A DNA stretch of 64,000 bases, from the NCBI GenBank assembly GCA_002633005.1, contig NMRA01000135.1:466183-530182 (forward strand), in the 5' to 3' direction. The notes under the pieces were generated by a model. The model had not been told where the DNA came from and did no database searches. It was given only the letters and a program-made list of their open reading frames with translations. Source of the stretch: Phoronis australis. Its lineage: Eukaryota > Animalia > Phoronida. A program made the translations under genes and the position numbers. Numbering within the stretch: the first letter of the stretch is position 1; each line of letters starts with the position of its first letter. Below are positions 63,560-64,000 of the stretch, piece after piece.

Positions 63560-64000
63560 TCATAGATATAATTCCTTGGACATGGTTTCTCTTTCTTGAC
63601 TCGGCGTTGTGGGCTGACTTTCTTTTTCAGGAGTACTCGAGTCTTCTCTCGCGGCATTTGCCTCAGTCATGTGACTAGTATATTCTGCAACCTCTTTATC
63701 CTCTCGCCCTAGAGAATCTGTACCTTTGCGGATTTCAGCATATTCAGAAGTACTTTCAAACTGAGGTTCCACTCCAGCACGACGGGGGTCGTCATAGATT
63801 CGTTTGTCAGGGAACTCTACTACATCTTCAATGTGCCTCTTTGGATAGGTGTCATAAATGCCCTTCCTTTTCGTATCACTATCATAAGCGCCCCCATATC
63901 CATTTCCGTAATAACGATCATACTCTTGATACCGGTCGTAATACGGCCTTTTAGCATAGAAACGCGCGTCAGAATTATACCGACGATAATCGTAGTCAGG
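63560..64000 (-). CDS. 3' end of an unidentified protein-coding gene; 146 aa open to the window edge, Tyr/Asp/Arg-rich then acidic, ending SKELYL*
   Basis: Frame is open from 64000 to TGA at 63560 (PDYDYRRYNSDARFYAKRPYYDRY...SEYAEIRK...SKELYL); protein-like composition; 5' part lies outside the window. Confidence 0.75.
   Translation of the reverse strand, partial: PDYDYRRYNSDARFYAKRPYYDRYQEYDRYYGNGYGGAYDSDTKRKGIYDTYPKRHIEDVVEFPDKRIYDDPRRAGVEPQFESTSEYAEIRKGTDSLGREDKEVAEYTSHMTEANAAREDSSTPEKESQPTTPSQERETMSKELYL

Overview
This is AT-rich, intron-rich animal genomic DNA, probably from an invertebrate (the repeat families look lophotrochozoan/mollusc-like, which is an inference). It is not prokaryotic, and most entries in the ORF track are spurious or are exon fragments. 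Three genes are supported. (1) The last three exons of RANGRF/MOG1 lie on + (23839-26480); its 5' exons were not found. (2) A complete MSH2 lies on - (stop at 28563). I spliced it by hand into 24 coding exons giving about 926-927 aa, with two phase-compatible candidate first exons (53614-53644 and 51919-51952) and a duplicated exon 11-12 block at an N-join. (3) The 3' end of an unidentified gene lies on - (63560-64000). The rest is non-autonomous DNA elements: Helentron/HINE-like elements whose ~145-bp monomers each carry a CTCF-like motif, Harbinger-, hAT- and Kolobok-like MITEs, Crypton-like hairpin elements, SINE pieces and minisatellites. All five single Ns sit at or next to tandem duplications, which points to uncollapsed haplotypes. 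No novel multi-gene system is evident. The best leads are the CTCF-motif arrays, the dual MSH2 first exons, splice-donor-duplicating repeats, a recombinase-site-like element and the orphan C-terminus.
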